Below are positions 49,350 through 62,099 of a stretch of 64,000 nt of DNA, one piece after another (positions within the stretch are counted from its first letter, which is position 1; each line of letters starts with the position of its first letter). The translations under genes were made by a program, and so were the position numbers. The notes beneath the pieces are model-generated. The model saw only the letters and a program-made list of their open reading frames with translations, had not been told where the DNA came from and did no database searches. The DNA comes from Stegostoma tigrinum (lineage: Eukaryota). The stretch spans positions 24,616,062 through 24,680,061 of the forward strand of contig NC_081365.1 in the NCBI RefSeq assembly GCF_030684315.1, given 5' to 3'.

Positions 49350-51255
49350 TATTCAAATACATGGACTTTCAGAAGACATTTGACAAAGTCTTTCATATGA
49401 GACTGTTGGCTAATGTTAAAATTCATGGAAATGAAAGCAAATATGTGGCTTGGTTGGGAAATTGGCTGAGCGACAGGAGACACAAAATAGGGACAATGGG
49501 CATGTACTGTCATTGATAGGATATGATGAGTGGTATGATTGTGCAGAGTGCAACAATCTGTGTTGAAACCTTTACTGCATTCATTTATGATTTAGGTGAC
49601 AGGTAGAATGCCAAATATGCAAATTTGTCAATGCCTCAATGGTAGATGACATTGTAATCGGTGTAGATAAATGTACAGAGTTTTCAATAAATTGAAAAGA
49701 ATGGCAAAACAATGGCAGGTGGATAATAATGCAGGCATATAAGAGGTCATCCAATTTAGACCCAACAGAATAGTGAACTTTTTAAGTGGTGGAAAGCTAG
49801 AAACAGTGACAGTTCGATGTCAGTTGAAGACCCAGGTACATAAGTAATTAAAATATTATGAACAGGCACAGAAAGTCATTAAAAAACTTACAGAATATAA
49901 GCCTTTATATGGAACTGTAGAATTTGAGACAATAGAATTTATACGTGAGATGTATTAAATCCTAGTCAGTGTACACTTTGAAATACTGTCAACAGCTCTG
50001 CAGAGATATCATGGAGCTGGGAAGACTGACAAACAATCCCAACCGTTTTACTTTGTGCAACTATCAGAGGAAATTCCCCTGGTTCCTGTTGACTCCCATT
50101 GTGTCAGAGCTTCTTAATGCCACACTTGGTCCAATGTGGTCTTGATGTTAAGGGCAGTCACTCCCATTTCACATGTCCAAATCAGCTCTTTTGTCTAAGT
50201 TTGAACCAATGCTGTAATGAGAAGTTGTGGTGTCATATACGCAAATTTCTCATGACACAAAGACAAAGTGGCATTGTCGAAGGTGTAGATGATAGCATAA
50301 AATTATAAAGGCGTATTGACAGACTAGGTGAATGGGAAAAACTGGCAGATGGATTTCAATGTAAGCAAGTACGAGATTATCCATTTGGGTAAGAAAGGAT
50401 AAGTCAGAGTATTTTCTGTATCGTTTGAAGTTAAATGTAGTGGAAGAACAAAGAGACTTGGAGGTTCGGGTGCATAGATTTTTAAAATGTTACAAATGGG
50501 TGCAGAAAATAATCAAGAAAATTAATGGAATGCTGGCCTTTATAGTTAGAGGACTGGAACCGAAGGATTTGGAAGTTATGCTGCACCTATATAAAACCCC
50601 AGATAGATCCTGCTTGGAGTAATGTAAGCACATCTGGACACCACATCTTAGAAAGGATATAGTGGCTTGGAAGGGAGTACAAGATAGGTTTACAAGAATG
50701 ATACCTGGGCTTCAGGGGTAAGTTATAAAGAGAGATTTTACTAATTAGGCCTGTATTCTGTAGAATCTAGATGGCTGAGGAGTGATCTGATTGAAGTCTT
50801 CAAGATAATGACAGGGTAGCTAAAGATAAACCACTGTTTGGTTATTCTGGGACCGGGGGCATAGTCTGAGAATTAAAGCCAGACTCTTCAGAAGACATAT
50901 TAGGGAGCACTTCTACATACAAAGGATGAAAGAAGTTTGGAACTCTTCTTCCATAAATGGTAGCTCAGTTATTAATTTTAAATCTGTGACAAATAATTGT
51001 TAAGCAAAGGTGTTAAGGGATATGGGTTGGGCCATCTTGTGGCACAGTGCTAGTGTCCCTACTCCTGGACTGGGATACCTGGGTTTAAGTCCCACCTGCT
51101 CCAGAGGTCTGTAATAACATCTCCAAACAAGTTGTTTGGGAAAGTTCCATAAGGGATATGGGTCAAAGGCAGATATATCAAGTTAGACCACAGATCAGTC
51201 ATGACCTCGTTGAATGGTGGAACCGACTGAAGGAGATGAATGGTCTACTCCTGAA
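49350..51255 (+). mobile_element. Old CR1 LINE relics (two partly overlapping pieces)
   Basis: YMDFQKTFDKV, EEQRDLEV.VH, NGMLAFI.RGLE and RFTRMIPGL motifs, plus a 3' UTR. Confidence 0.72.
51028..51149 (+). mobile_element. Short (~120 bp) tRNA-derived SINE with 14-bp TSD
   Basis: tggcacagtg A-box-like and gggtttaagtccc B-box-like motifs. TAAGGGATATGGGT at 51014-51027 and 51150-51163. Related copies at ~2735-2835, ~36830-36925 and ~58515-58618. Confidence 0.75.
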
Positions 51256-51923
51256 AGTGCTGCTTAATACAGCTGTTAATGACCCCTTCCAACATTTTAC
51301 TGATGATTAAGCGTAGATTGATGGGGCAATAATTAACCACGTTGGGTTTGTCTGGCATTTTGTGTAGAGCACATACTTGGGCAATTTTTCACATTGGCAG
51401 GTAGGTGCCAATCAGCAGAGAGCTGTTAATAGTCAACCACATTGCTGTGATTCTGAAGCCACGTGTATGCCAGTGAATTTCCTTCGTAGTGGGTATTAGT
51501 GAACTTGATAGATTTTTAAGACAATTATTTGATATTATCATTAGGCTCTTAATTTCAAATTTTGTTAAAATTCAGTTTGCATAATCCACTGCATCCGGGT
51601 TAAAACCTGTATCACCAAGTGTGTTATCTGGGTCTTTGGAGTAGTGGTCCAGTGACAATACCACGGTGCGATGGCCTCCCCCTGGATAGTTAACCAGGGA
51701 AAGTGACAGGAATTACAAACGCCTCTAACTCCTGATTAACCTTCTTTAAAGGTAAGTGTGTGTATTTTTGTGTCTGCCCAGGCTCAGAAATTGGATTTCT
51801 GATTTTGATCAGAAAATCTGAGACATTATCTCTCTGCAATAACTTTATTAATCAGTTATCTACATAGATGGACTGGAGTGTTATCTGTGTTGAACATTAA
51901 TCATAACTTCTATAAATTGTTAG

Positions 51924-52216
51924 GTGGCTGTAAAAGTCATCGATAAGAAGAAAGCCAGGAAAGACTCCTATGTTACGAAGAATCTACGACGAGAAGGGCA
52001 GATTCACCAGATGATTAGGCATCCAAATATTACGCAGCTTTTGGACATATTAGAAACAGAGAACAGTTACTACTTGGTAATGGAGCTATGCACAGGAGGC
52101 AACCTGATGCACAAAATATATGACAGAAAAATATTGGAAGAAGCAGAGGTATGTCGATACATCAGGCAGCTCACTCTAGCAGTGGAACATTTACACCGGG
52201 CAGGAGTGGTCCACAG
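51924..52216 (+). CDS. HUNK: HUNK coding exon 2 (VAVKVIDKKKARKDSYVTKNLRREGQIHQMIRHPNI...HLHRAGVVH)
   Basis: Acceptor ttgttag|GTG. Contains the VAVK lysine and the alphaC glutamate (RREG). Donor CACAG|GTATGT, 293 nt, phase 2. Confidence 0.96.
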
Positions 52217-53599
52217 GTATGTGAGAGTGTATGTGTTTGAACTCTTAACAGTTTCATAAACTTCTGTTTGCTGTCAACAATTGTATATGACCTTGTAAAA
52301 GAATCCAATGAGAAGTTATCATTATAGGGCATAGCAACGAGTACTGTACTTACCCTGAATGTATATTCGCTGAGTGGTTCTGTACTTAACATCAAAGAGA
52401 CATGCCAATACATGAAAATATGTCAGCGGACATACCTTGAAATTACAGGTGGGATAATAGAAGAGTTTTATGTGTAATTTCTGTCAACCAAATTAAAACT
52501 GTTTCAACAAAGTAGTGTACAAATAGAAATGTGATCAAGGAAATGTTGAATGCGTAGCATAATAAACTCATGTAGTAATCAGGTTTGCAATAACACACCA
52601 AATAAAGTAATGGAAGCAAGAACATTCAGGCTATTCACAATTAAAGTTGATGGTGTGATCCTGATGTGTCAGGAAAATCATCCTGAGATTGGGCATTTTC
52701 TTCAGATATATATTCACTCATGATTTAGTAAATAATTCGTTCTTGCAGTATGGCACAAAAATAATTTGTCGGATGCCAAAAGGTGTATTTTTACTGAAAG
52801 AACCTTTAACAGTTTGTATTTTGAATGAATAATTTGCATTTCAGACATGTTGATTTTGTAATATTATAATTCCAACTACGCATTATTTTCTGACAATAAT
52901 ACACATTATTCTAGTGATCATTCAATGCAGTTATCAATTCAATGAGATATGGAGAATTTGTTTAATGTGTTTTGAAATGTGGAAATTGACATTTACTATC
53001 AAGAAATGAAAGTCCATGCAGTAGACCTGTTTCCATATAAATACCCGGCGTACACTGTTTTTGTTGCTGGCAGCAGAGACAAGTAAGTGGTCGGGAAATC
53101 AACAGAAACAGATGGCGAGATGTCTGTTTCTCTGGGAGGCCTATTAATGAACACTTGGCTGTGTTCCAAGACTCCCTAATGGGAACTGTTTACACAGTCT
53201 GAAATGGTGTGTTAGTTTTGGTTGATAGACACCCTTATGAGGTTATAGAACATTTTTCTTTCTTTTGTCTGTTTTACCAATGTATATTAATTTTGAATAT
53301 TAAGAGGAATCAAGTTGGATGAAACTTCTCTTGTTGAAATATGAATGATTGTGTCTGGTTGACAGTTTTATATAGTTAAAAACTGGTGGGGCATTTTTCC
53401 TTAGTACTTCAGGACTTGTTATTTAGCTTATTGTTTATGCAATTAGTGCATCTTGGTGAATAAGCTTGGAGAACACAGGTGTGGAAAGTACACAGACACA
53501 TGAAGATACATAGAGGGCTCATGGGGCATAGGGCATGTGAGGATACACGGGTAAGAAATCTTAAACGTTTCTTACAGTATATTTTCACATCCATAATAT

Positions 53600-54525
53600 G
53601 ATTATTTGCAGATGACACAAAGATAGGTAGAGGGGCATCTAATGTTAACAAAGTGGGGGAGGCTGCAGAAGGACTTGGACAGGCTAGGAGATGGGCAAAG
53701 AAGGTACAGATGCAATACAATGTGGAAAAGTGTAAAGTTGTGCATTTTAGTAGGATGAATAGAGGCACAGTCTATTTTATAAAGGGAGAAGGGCTTCAGA
53801 AATCTGAAGCACAAAGGGACTTGGGAGTCCTAGTTCAAGATTCTCTTAAAGTTAACATGCAAGTTCAGTTGGCAGTTAGAAAGGCAAATGTAATGTTAGC
53901 ATTAATTTCAAGAGGAGTAGAATGCAAGAGCAGAGATGTACTGCTGAGGCTGTCTAATACTCTGGTCAGACCACATTTGGAATATGATGAGCAGTTTTGG
54001 GCCCTGTATCTAGGAAAAGGTATGCTGGTTTTGGAGGGGTCCAGAGGAGATGTACAAGAATAATGCGGGGGCTGAAGGGCTTGTCGTATGAAGAATAGTT
54101 GAGGATTCTGTGTCTGTACTTGAGGCTTTTAGAAGGATGAGGGGGATCTGATTGAAACCTAAAGAATACTGAGAGGCCTGGATAGAGTGACATGGAAAAA
54201 AATGTTTCTATTAGTAGGAGAAACTAGGACCCAAAGGCACATCCTCAGAGTGAAGGGATGGCTCTTTAGAACTGAGATGAGGAGGAATTTCTTCAGCCAG
54301 AGGGTGGTGAATCTGTGGAACTCATTGCCTCAGAAGGTTGTGGAAGCCAAGTCATTGAGTGTATTTAAGTTAGAGATAGATAGTTCTTGATTGGTCAGGA
54401 GATCAAGGATTATGGGGAGAAGGGAGGAAAATGGGATTGAGAAAGGTATCAACCATGATTGAGTGGTGGCGCAGACTCAAGGAGCCCAATATCCTAATTC
54501 TGCCCATGTGTCTTATGGTCTTATG
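53600..54525 (+). mobile_element. CR1 LINE 3' relic in HUNK intron 2
   Basis: FADDTK, QMQYNVEKCKVVHF, LVRPHLEY and FFSQRVVNLWNSLP. Tail tcttatggtcttatg. Confidence 0.88.
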
Positions 54526-55018
54526 AGCAACTCAGGCAGCAGGGGTGGGGGTGGGTGGTGGGGAGCTGTGGTTGTGAACCATGAGTCCTTAAGAAGCTGA
54601 GCAGATCCCATGAAAATCGAGGAGATGGAGGAGGTGGCATGTGGTGGTATGAGTTATCTACCCTCACAATTGAGATATCTAGGTCAGAAATGTGGATTGT
54701 TAGCTCACTACCAGCACCCTTTTTCTGTGCAGTGAATATTGATGTCAGGGATCAGGGTGAGAAACCAGGAATTGGGTCCCCCTGTCATTTTTACAATCCT
54801 CTCAAGTCACCCTGACTCCATGAAAGTAAATGCCACAGTGTTTATTGCCTGTTAACTATTTTAGGAAAAATGTGCCACTAAATCAGGCTTCAAAGCTGTA
54901 AAGATATAAATTATCTTCAATCGATTTCTCTAAAACTTAGTGTGCCATCTATTTCAGAAATCTGTTCATAGCCTGAAGAAAGATATGATTTTGGCTTTAT
55001 TGCTTTCAAATCATGAAG

Positions 55019-55150
55019 CTGAGGAAGGGTCACCGGACCTGAAACATTAGTTATGTTTTCTCCTCCACAGATGCTGCCAGACCTGCTGAGCTTTTCCAGC
55101 AACTTTGTTTTTGTTCCTGATTTACAGCATCCACAGTTCTTTTGGTTTTT
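55019..55150 (+). mobile_element. PLE family C terminal fragment with hammerhead motif
   Basis: CTGAGGA-A-GGGTC-ACCG-GACCT-GAAACATT then ccacagatgctgccagacctgctgag. Sister copies at 49137-49230 and 60543-60975. Confidence 0.75.
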
Positions 55151-55216
55151 ATGTTTTTAAGGGAATTTTACGCAGCAGATAATCTAGAATTAGAGGGTAA
55201 TAGTTTCAGAATGAGG

Positions 55217-55480
55217 ATTCCAGCCTCAGGCGACTATCTGTGTGGAGTTTGTACGTTCTCCCCATGCCAGTGTGGATTTCCTCCGGGTGCTCCAGTTTCC
55301 TCCCACAGTCCAAAGATATGCAGGTTAGGTGAATTGGCAGGCAAGGTGGATGGGCCATGGGAAATGCAGGGTTACACGTATAGGGCAGGGGTCTATGTCT
55401 AGGTGGGAAGCTGTTCGGAGGATTAATTTGGCCATGATATGTCAAATGGCCTGCTTCCACACTGTAGGGATTCTGTGATT
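55217..55480 (+). mobile_element. 5'-truncated HE1-like SINE
   Basis: Body matches the 9447 and 60594 copies. Tail cacactgtagggattctgtg. Confidence 0.8.
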
Positions 55481-56758
55481 CATTTGGAGACAATCTATGG
55501 TGCCCATATTATCTTAGATTTACATGTTCATGATGTATATACTCAGATTAGAAAATCAAGAAATAGGAGGATTGAAACTCATTCTCCACAATGAAAGTGC
55601 AGAAAATTTGCACATAGTTATTGACCTCACCATCATCACAACAACCATTGAGCTGAATGATACATTGAACCGATTAAGTAACTATTATTATTGTGCTTGC
55701 ACAGATCGCACTATGAGATTTTGTACTGATATACATGTAATTCTGAGCAGAAGTTACCTCACAGGGCAAAACCATGTCAATCTATGCTAGAAACGAGCTA
55801 GTTTAGAATCTGAAATGACCGAAGTTTAATCTATTTCTAGATTGTAATTAGAATCTGGAGGTGTCACTGTTAAAACTTGTTAATGGAATTAACATCAGAA
55901 GTATGCATGATGATGATGTAATGGGGTTGCCAGAGTCACATGGTTAATTAAGCTGTAACTTTGTTGTGTGAAGAGAATTTGTATTTGCAGATCAAACTGT
56001 AAATCAAGAGCTCTTGCAGAAAATTTCATGGCCTCCAGTGCTATTACTTTGGATGACTAGATGGATTTCGACCCCCAATGCACCACAAAACAGAGCTATT
56101 TATTGCAGTCACAAATTATACACAGTTATGTTGGTCTGAAGTTGCGATGCTACCAAAGTGAGAATAGAAAATTTCAGTACACTTACAAGAAAAAATTCCT
56201 CTTTGCACCAAACAGTTGTTGCATTTCGATTTATTCCCTGTACATTTCTAAAAATAATCAATAAACTTGCTTTCCCAAAGTTCGAAGCAATTACATTAAC
56301 TTGTATACTAAAACCAGCATTTTACAGGAATTTTAATCCCAGTTCTGTTGAAATTTCCCTGGGCCTACACTTAGTAGTGCATCAATTATGGTTTATTAAG
56401 AGGTGCCATGAAATAATATTTCGAGGGAAGAGAACAAAGATATCTTTCATTTCTTTGTAACTAGCAATGTCTAACTCACCGAAAACAAACTTGACAGTTC
56501 CCCAGAGGAACCCTACACATTTAACAGGCAATAAACACCTCACCCAGTGTTCAACAGCTTTATTCGCATTTTGTAAATGCACTGACCTTGAATAATTACG
56601 TATTTTTAGAAAAAAACTTCAACACTTTGATGACAACTCTCCTTCGCTTCTGGAAATATGATAGTTTTCTTCTAAAAATCTCAATACTAATTATTTCCCT
56701 GTACCACAGTAAAAGGCTTTCTAAATGAATTCTTGAGTTTCTTTTCTGTTTTTTGCAG

Positions 56759-56814
56759 GGATCTGAAGATTGAAAATCTTTTACTGGATGAAAAGAACAA
56801 TATAAAATTAATAG
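56759..56814 (+). CDS. HUNK: HUNK coding exon 3 (R-DLKIENLLLDEKNNIKLI)
   Basis: Polypyrimidine tract then ttttgcag|G. Completes the HRDLKIEN catalytic loop in frame with exon 2. Donor ATAG|GTACAG, 56 nt. Confidence 0.95.
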
Positions 56815-57603
56815 GTACAGTCTGTCAGCAATTGTTCAGAGCTGGGAGGGCCTATATCTTATTTTCCATTTTATGTAATTCTTTTACTTGAAGGAACTAT
56901 TTAATGGGAATACTGTGCCAGGAAATTAGAAAGATTGAAAACAAAAAATAGAACATTGTTTTGCGAAAGATGGAAGCAGAATTTGAAACTAGACCATAAC
57001 GTTTGGGAGATATTTGGAGGAAAAGAGCATAAGTGCCAGACGTGTGCTATATGGACCAAAAGTACTAAAAATAAAAGGATGGCAGGTCAGTCAGTATTTG
57101 ACAAAGGAGAGGTACACTTTGGGTTTGACAATTGACCTGAGATGAGGATCAGATTCAAATTGTTATGCTTTGCTTTCTGTCAACTTCTTGCCAATTTACC
57201 CTGCTTTTCGTAATGTAGTTGTTAAGCAGTTAACTGTGAAATGAATATCCTGTTCAGGAAGATTGATCAGTATTGTGAGATTAATTAAAGATAAATTGGA
57301 TGCACATAATCGGAGGTGAACTGTCGGTTATGGATACAATTTAAATGCAATTCATTCTGGGAAGGCAGTGACTTCAAATATGTACAGATAGATTGTAGGT
57401 GGAAACAGAAATTGTGTTGAATTTGGAATTTGACTACTCTTTAATTTTAATAAGAAGATTCTATCAAGAGACTGTAAATTGATAAGACTAAGAAAATGAT
57501 ACATTTTGCTTTATATCTGCACATATGCAAATGTCTGAATATTGTTTAGGAAATGAAATTTTTTCCGTCATAAATTGTATTGGGAGACTGATTATGATTG
57601 TAA

Positions 57604-57783
<180 letters not shown>

Positions 57784-58114
57784 TAAGTGGTTTCACCATA
57801 TTTTAAATTGGATTTAAATGATACTCATTCAATGAAAGCAAACATCTACAGCCTTATTACCTTATCTTACTGTCTAAAAATATTGTATCTTTATGTTGAT
57901 TTAGATTTGAACTCTTGTTATGCATTCACTGCATTTGTGAGTTTTTTTGCATGTTATATTTGCAGTTAGTTTTCTAATGCATGATAATTCCTAAATCATG
58001 TTTTGTAGTTTACAAACTCTCCCAGCTGTTCCTAATGATCTGAATCTTCCTGTTAGACGCCCTAAACCAAATTCAATGGCCAAATTAGGGTTTTGTTTCT
58101 CTTTTAAACTAATT

Positions 58115-58490
58115 CCAAGGCCAGAAGAGAATGGAGCATGAATAGCCCGCATGACTCATTGAGTCTGCTCTGTCATTCAATTTGGCTGATCTAGAGCTTC
58201 AGCTTCACATTCATGCCCACCACCTTTATCTGTCAGTTCCAAGACTAAAAATCTGTCCATCCTAGCCTTAAATATAGTCAACAACGGAGTGTTCACAATT
58301 TTTGAGAATTCCAAAGATTCACAATCCCTTGAATGAACAAAAATTTTCCTCTTCTCAACCCTAAATGATTTCCTTCTTAGCCTCTGATTGTGTACCCAAG
58401 TTCTAGAGGTTTCAGCCCATGGAAACAACCTTTTTGTGCCTGCCTTGTCAAACTCCTTCAGAATTATTTATGCTTCAATGAAGTCTGTTT
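58115..58490 (-). mobile_element. Old CR1 3' fragment
   Basis: Minus strand FP...SRT..H..RLR..SFR.E.RK.F and IFKARMDRFL. Confidence 0.65.
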
Positions 58491-58694
58491 CATTTTTTTT
58501 TAATGTTTTCTAATCAATCAGTTGAGAGATATTATCACACATCTCTGGAACAGGTAGGATTTGAACCCAGGTCTCCAAGCTCAGACTTAAGGACACCATC
58601 ACTGCACTACAACACCCCTTCTCTCTTTTTTTATGATTTTTTTTACGTTGTGATCAACTGGGCACTGTAGCCCTCAATTACAAATGGAAAGTTT

Positions 58695-59607
58695 AAAGTT
58701 TTTGAAAAGATTTGTAACTTGGGTTGTGGATGAAGTTATAGACTTGCTCGCCAAGCTGGTGTGTTTGGTTGCCAATGTTTTGTCACCCTGCTGGGTAACA
58801 TCATCAGTGCAGCTCCAGTGAAGCATCAGTGTTCTGTCCTGCTTGTTATTTATATGCTTTGGTTTTCTGCGGTGGTTGCCATCACTTCCGGTTCCATTTT
58901 TCAGTGGTTTATCCAAAGGGTGTAATTCAAGTGTTTGTTGATGGAGCTCCCGTTGGAATACCGGATCTCCAGGAATTTGCTGGCATGTCTGTCTTTGGCT
59001 TGTGCAATTAAGGATATTGCAGTCGAATTCGTGTCCCTCAATGTCCATGTGTAATGAGACTAGTGAGAATTAATTGTGTCTCTTGGTGGCTAGTTGGTGT
59101 TCATGTATGAATATCGTCAATTTTCTTCCGGCTTGGCCTATGTAGTGTTTCACACAGTCCTTGCATGGTATTTTGTATATTACCCATGCTTGGCTGGTTT
59201 TGGGTATGGGACAGTAGCTGCCCTAGGATGGTTGTCGGTTTGTGAGCTACTCTGATACCTAGGGGTCTGAGTAGTCTTGTGGTCATCTCTGAAATGTCCA
59301 TGATGTACGGTAGGGTGATTAATGAGCCTGGTTATGCTGTGTCTTCCTGTTGTGGTCTGTCTTGGAGATAATGGTGGATTGTACTTTTTGGGTATCCATT
59401 TCTTTTGAAGACTCCATAAAGGTGCTCCTGTTCTGCTTTGCCTAGTTCCGGGTTGCTGCAATGTGTTGTGGCTCATTTAAATAGTGTCCTGACGCAGCTC
59501 TGTTTGTGGGTACAAAAACAATAGAGAACTCCTGACTAGCGTATGTAGAAAGACCACACACACAGACCAGATACTCAATTACACTCACAACCACCCCAAT
59601 GCCCACA
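58695..59607 (-). mobile_element. PLE family D fragment (thumb plus GIY-YIG plus hammerhead terminus) with 5' inversion, in HUNK intron 4
   Basis: Minus strand ISEMTTRLLRPLGIRVAHKP and VIYKIPCKDCVKHYIGQAGRKL. Hammerhead-like motif at 58774-58807. Plus-strand piece 59512-59607 encodes TSVCRKTTHTDQILNY..NHPNAH. Confidence 0.8.
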
Positions 59608-59723
59608 CTTTGATTTACCAGAGATACGGTAGGGTGGTGGATCTGGTCAGGGAAATAAAAGGAACGACAGTTCTGTCCAATTTATGATAGTATGCGTGTT
59701 AAAACTTGAATTTTGAATTTCAG

Positions 59724-59851
59724 TGGTGTGAATGCTTATGCGATGCTGACTGGCACTTTACCATTCACTGTGGAGCCATTCAGCCTGAGAGCTTTGCATC
59801 AGAAAATGGTGGATAAAGATCTCAATCCCCTACCTGCTCATCTCTCATCAG
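59724..59851 (+). CDS. HUNK: HUNK coding exon 5 (GVNAYAMLTGTLPFTVEPFSLRALHQKMVDKDLNPLPAHLSS); gene continues beyond the window
   Basis: Acceptor tttcag|T, in frame with exon 4. Donor TCAG|GTAATA, 128 nt. I did not find a later exon in the window. Confidence 0.94.
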
Positions 59852-60542
59852 GTAATAACAGTTCAATGATTCTATTATGAAAGAGCCGATCTATTCAGTT
59901 ATTTAATACACGATGCTAAGGGATCAGTTGTCGCGGTACAGTTAAAGCAAATTATCAACAGGAAATCCAGTTGCAAATTTCAGTTTCTTTTACTCCCGTT
60001 ATTTTGGTTTTAATATACATTTCTGACCCAAGTGCGAATGCAATTTATTATTTGAAAGCCCCTTCATTTGCTGATGGATATCCTATCAAGATAAGTTTAT
60101 GCATTTATCAGGTTAATTGTAATTCTTTCAAGCTGTGTTTTAATGTAGACACTTCTGGGAGTGATCCGTTTAGTTAGTGAGTCAATTTAATACCAAGCCC
60201 CTCTCATGGGGCTCTTAAACTGATGTGGTCCCGACCCAAAACGTCAGCTTTCCTGCTCCTCTGATGCTCCCTGGCTTGTTGTGTTCATCCAGGTCCATAT
60301 TCTGGTGAGAAGAAGGCTGACTTCGGACTACATAAAGCAAATCGAACAATAATAATCCAGAATAATGATGACACATTTCTTTATTTAAAAATTACATGAG
60401 AAAATACAACTGCTTTCTTCCCTCTCATCTCCCTTCCTCCCTCTTGACCTCTTGCTGGGATATGGTACGCAAATACCAGTGTCTGCTTTGGTGATCATTA
60501 AACCTTGAATGTGTATGTTGATGCCCAGATTAATTGTAGTCT

Positions 60543-60580
60543 AGTTCTGAGGAAGGGTCACTAGGCCCGAAATGTTAACT
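60543..60580 (+). ncRNA. Minimal hammerhead ribozyme motif, PLE family C
   Basis: AGUU-CUGAGGA-A-GGGUC(ACUA)GGCCC-GAAAU-GUU-AACU: stem I AGUU/AACU and a 5-bp stem II. GAAAU is probably CpG decay of GAAAC. Confidence 0.65.
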
Positions 60581-60593
60581 CTGATTTTGGTCC

Positions 60594-60892
60594 ACATGGT
60601 GGCTCAGTGGTCAGCACTGCTGCCTCACAGCACCAGGGATGTGGGTTCAATTCCACCCTCAGGCGACTGTCTGTGTGGAATTTGCATATTCTCCCTGTGT
60701 CTGCGTGGGTTTCCTCTAGTTTCTTCGCACAGTCCAAAGGTGTGCAGGTTGCTTGGAATGGCTGTGCTATATTGCCCATAGTGTTCAGGGATGTGCAAAT
60801 TAGGGGTATGGCTCTGGGTGTAATGCTCTGAGGTTGGTGTGGACTTGTTGGCTGACCAACCTGTTTCCACACCATAGGGGTTCTATTATCTA
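60594..60892 (+). mobile_element. HE1-like SINE nested in a PLE family C terminal fragment (60543-60975)
   Basis: tggctcagtgg A-box and gggttcaattcc B-box. The host sequence tccaca|...atgctgccagacctg resumes after it. Confidence 0.85.
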
Positions 60893-62099
60893 TTGAATGC
60901 TGCCAGACCTGCTGTGCTTTTCCAGCAATTTCTACTTTTGTTTCTGATTTCGAGCATCCACAGTTCTTTCAGTTTTTAATTGTAGTTGGATTGTAACTAA
61001 GCTCGATATTGTCTTTGCCTGGTATTCACACACACATATCTTCAGAAGGGGCTCACTAGATAATGACCATGAGCACGTTACCTAATTGATTCTCTTCTTG
61101 GGGAAGGTGTCGAGGTTAATTTTAGAATTCCCACCTATAGCGCAACCAAAGGTCACGTAGCTAAGCATACACTAGAAATGAATTAGCCACCTTCCTAGTC
61201 TGAGTGACTCATCTACTCACTAGATATGCTTGTTGAACCATTAAGGGATTTTTAGTGGGAAATAGGCTAACTCACTCATTGAATCATGATTAAGCTGCGC
61301 AGTCTTTTTAATTTGTTCACAGGATGTGGATATTGCTGGCAAGGCCAGCATTTATTGCCCATCGTAATTGCCTCTGTGGAAGTGGTCAATAGCATAACAT
61401 TTGAGGTTAATTATGGGCTAACCATAGTAGCAATTATGATAGCAATTATGCAACAGGCTGATGTGAATCAATTGAACAACTTGTAAAGAATAGATAAGTT
61501 GACCCTCTTTTGTTGATTGCTTTAAGCATGTTTTCCGAAGAACATAAATACATTCGGTCAGAAGTTTAAACTCAGTTGAAATTCAGTGATTCTCAGCACA
61601 GGGAACTCTGATTCCAAGTACTTAAATGATTCAAAATAATTTAATAACATCTTCAGGCGATGTAAGAGCAGCACTTCCGAGATAGATTGAATCCAGACAC
61701 AAGTAAACACAAAAAAGAAATAGAACCTAGACAAATCTTACGGCCACTGTGGCTCAACGTTTTGCAAGGATTCCACTCACTTCCACATTTTGAATGTTTT
61801 GGTTAAGGGTAATCATTAACTTTTCACTGAGGTCCACAATCTGAGCAGTAGCTTTCTCAAGCCGGTTATAAATTAACTCTGTGAACATGTTTTACTCCAG
61901 CTTGTTTTCTAACACATTTAGGGGCCTGGTTTTAGCAATGTGTCACTGCATGGGTTTTGTTCGGGTTAAAATCACATCAGTTTCTATGTCCTGGCCCTTC
62001 CTATTATTGTGGATGTAGTAATATGAATATTTCTGCAGTCCAGGCTCAGTGGACAGTGTCCCTAACTTTCAAGCCTAATGTTCTGGATTCGGATCCCAT

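Noticed and set aside
52217-52259. ORF-track continuation YVRVYVFELLTVS
   Set aside because: Read-through into intron 2. The GT donor at 52217 splices in frame to exon 3.
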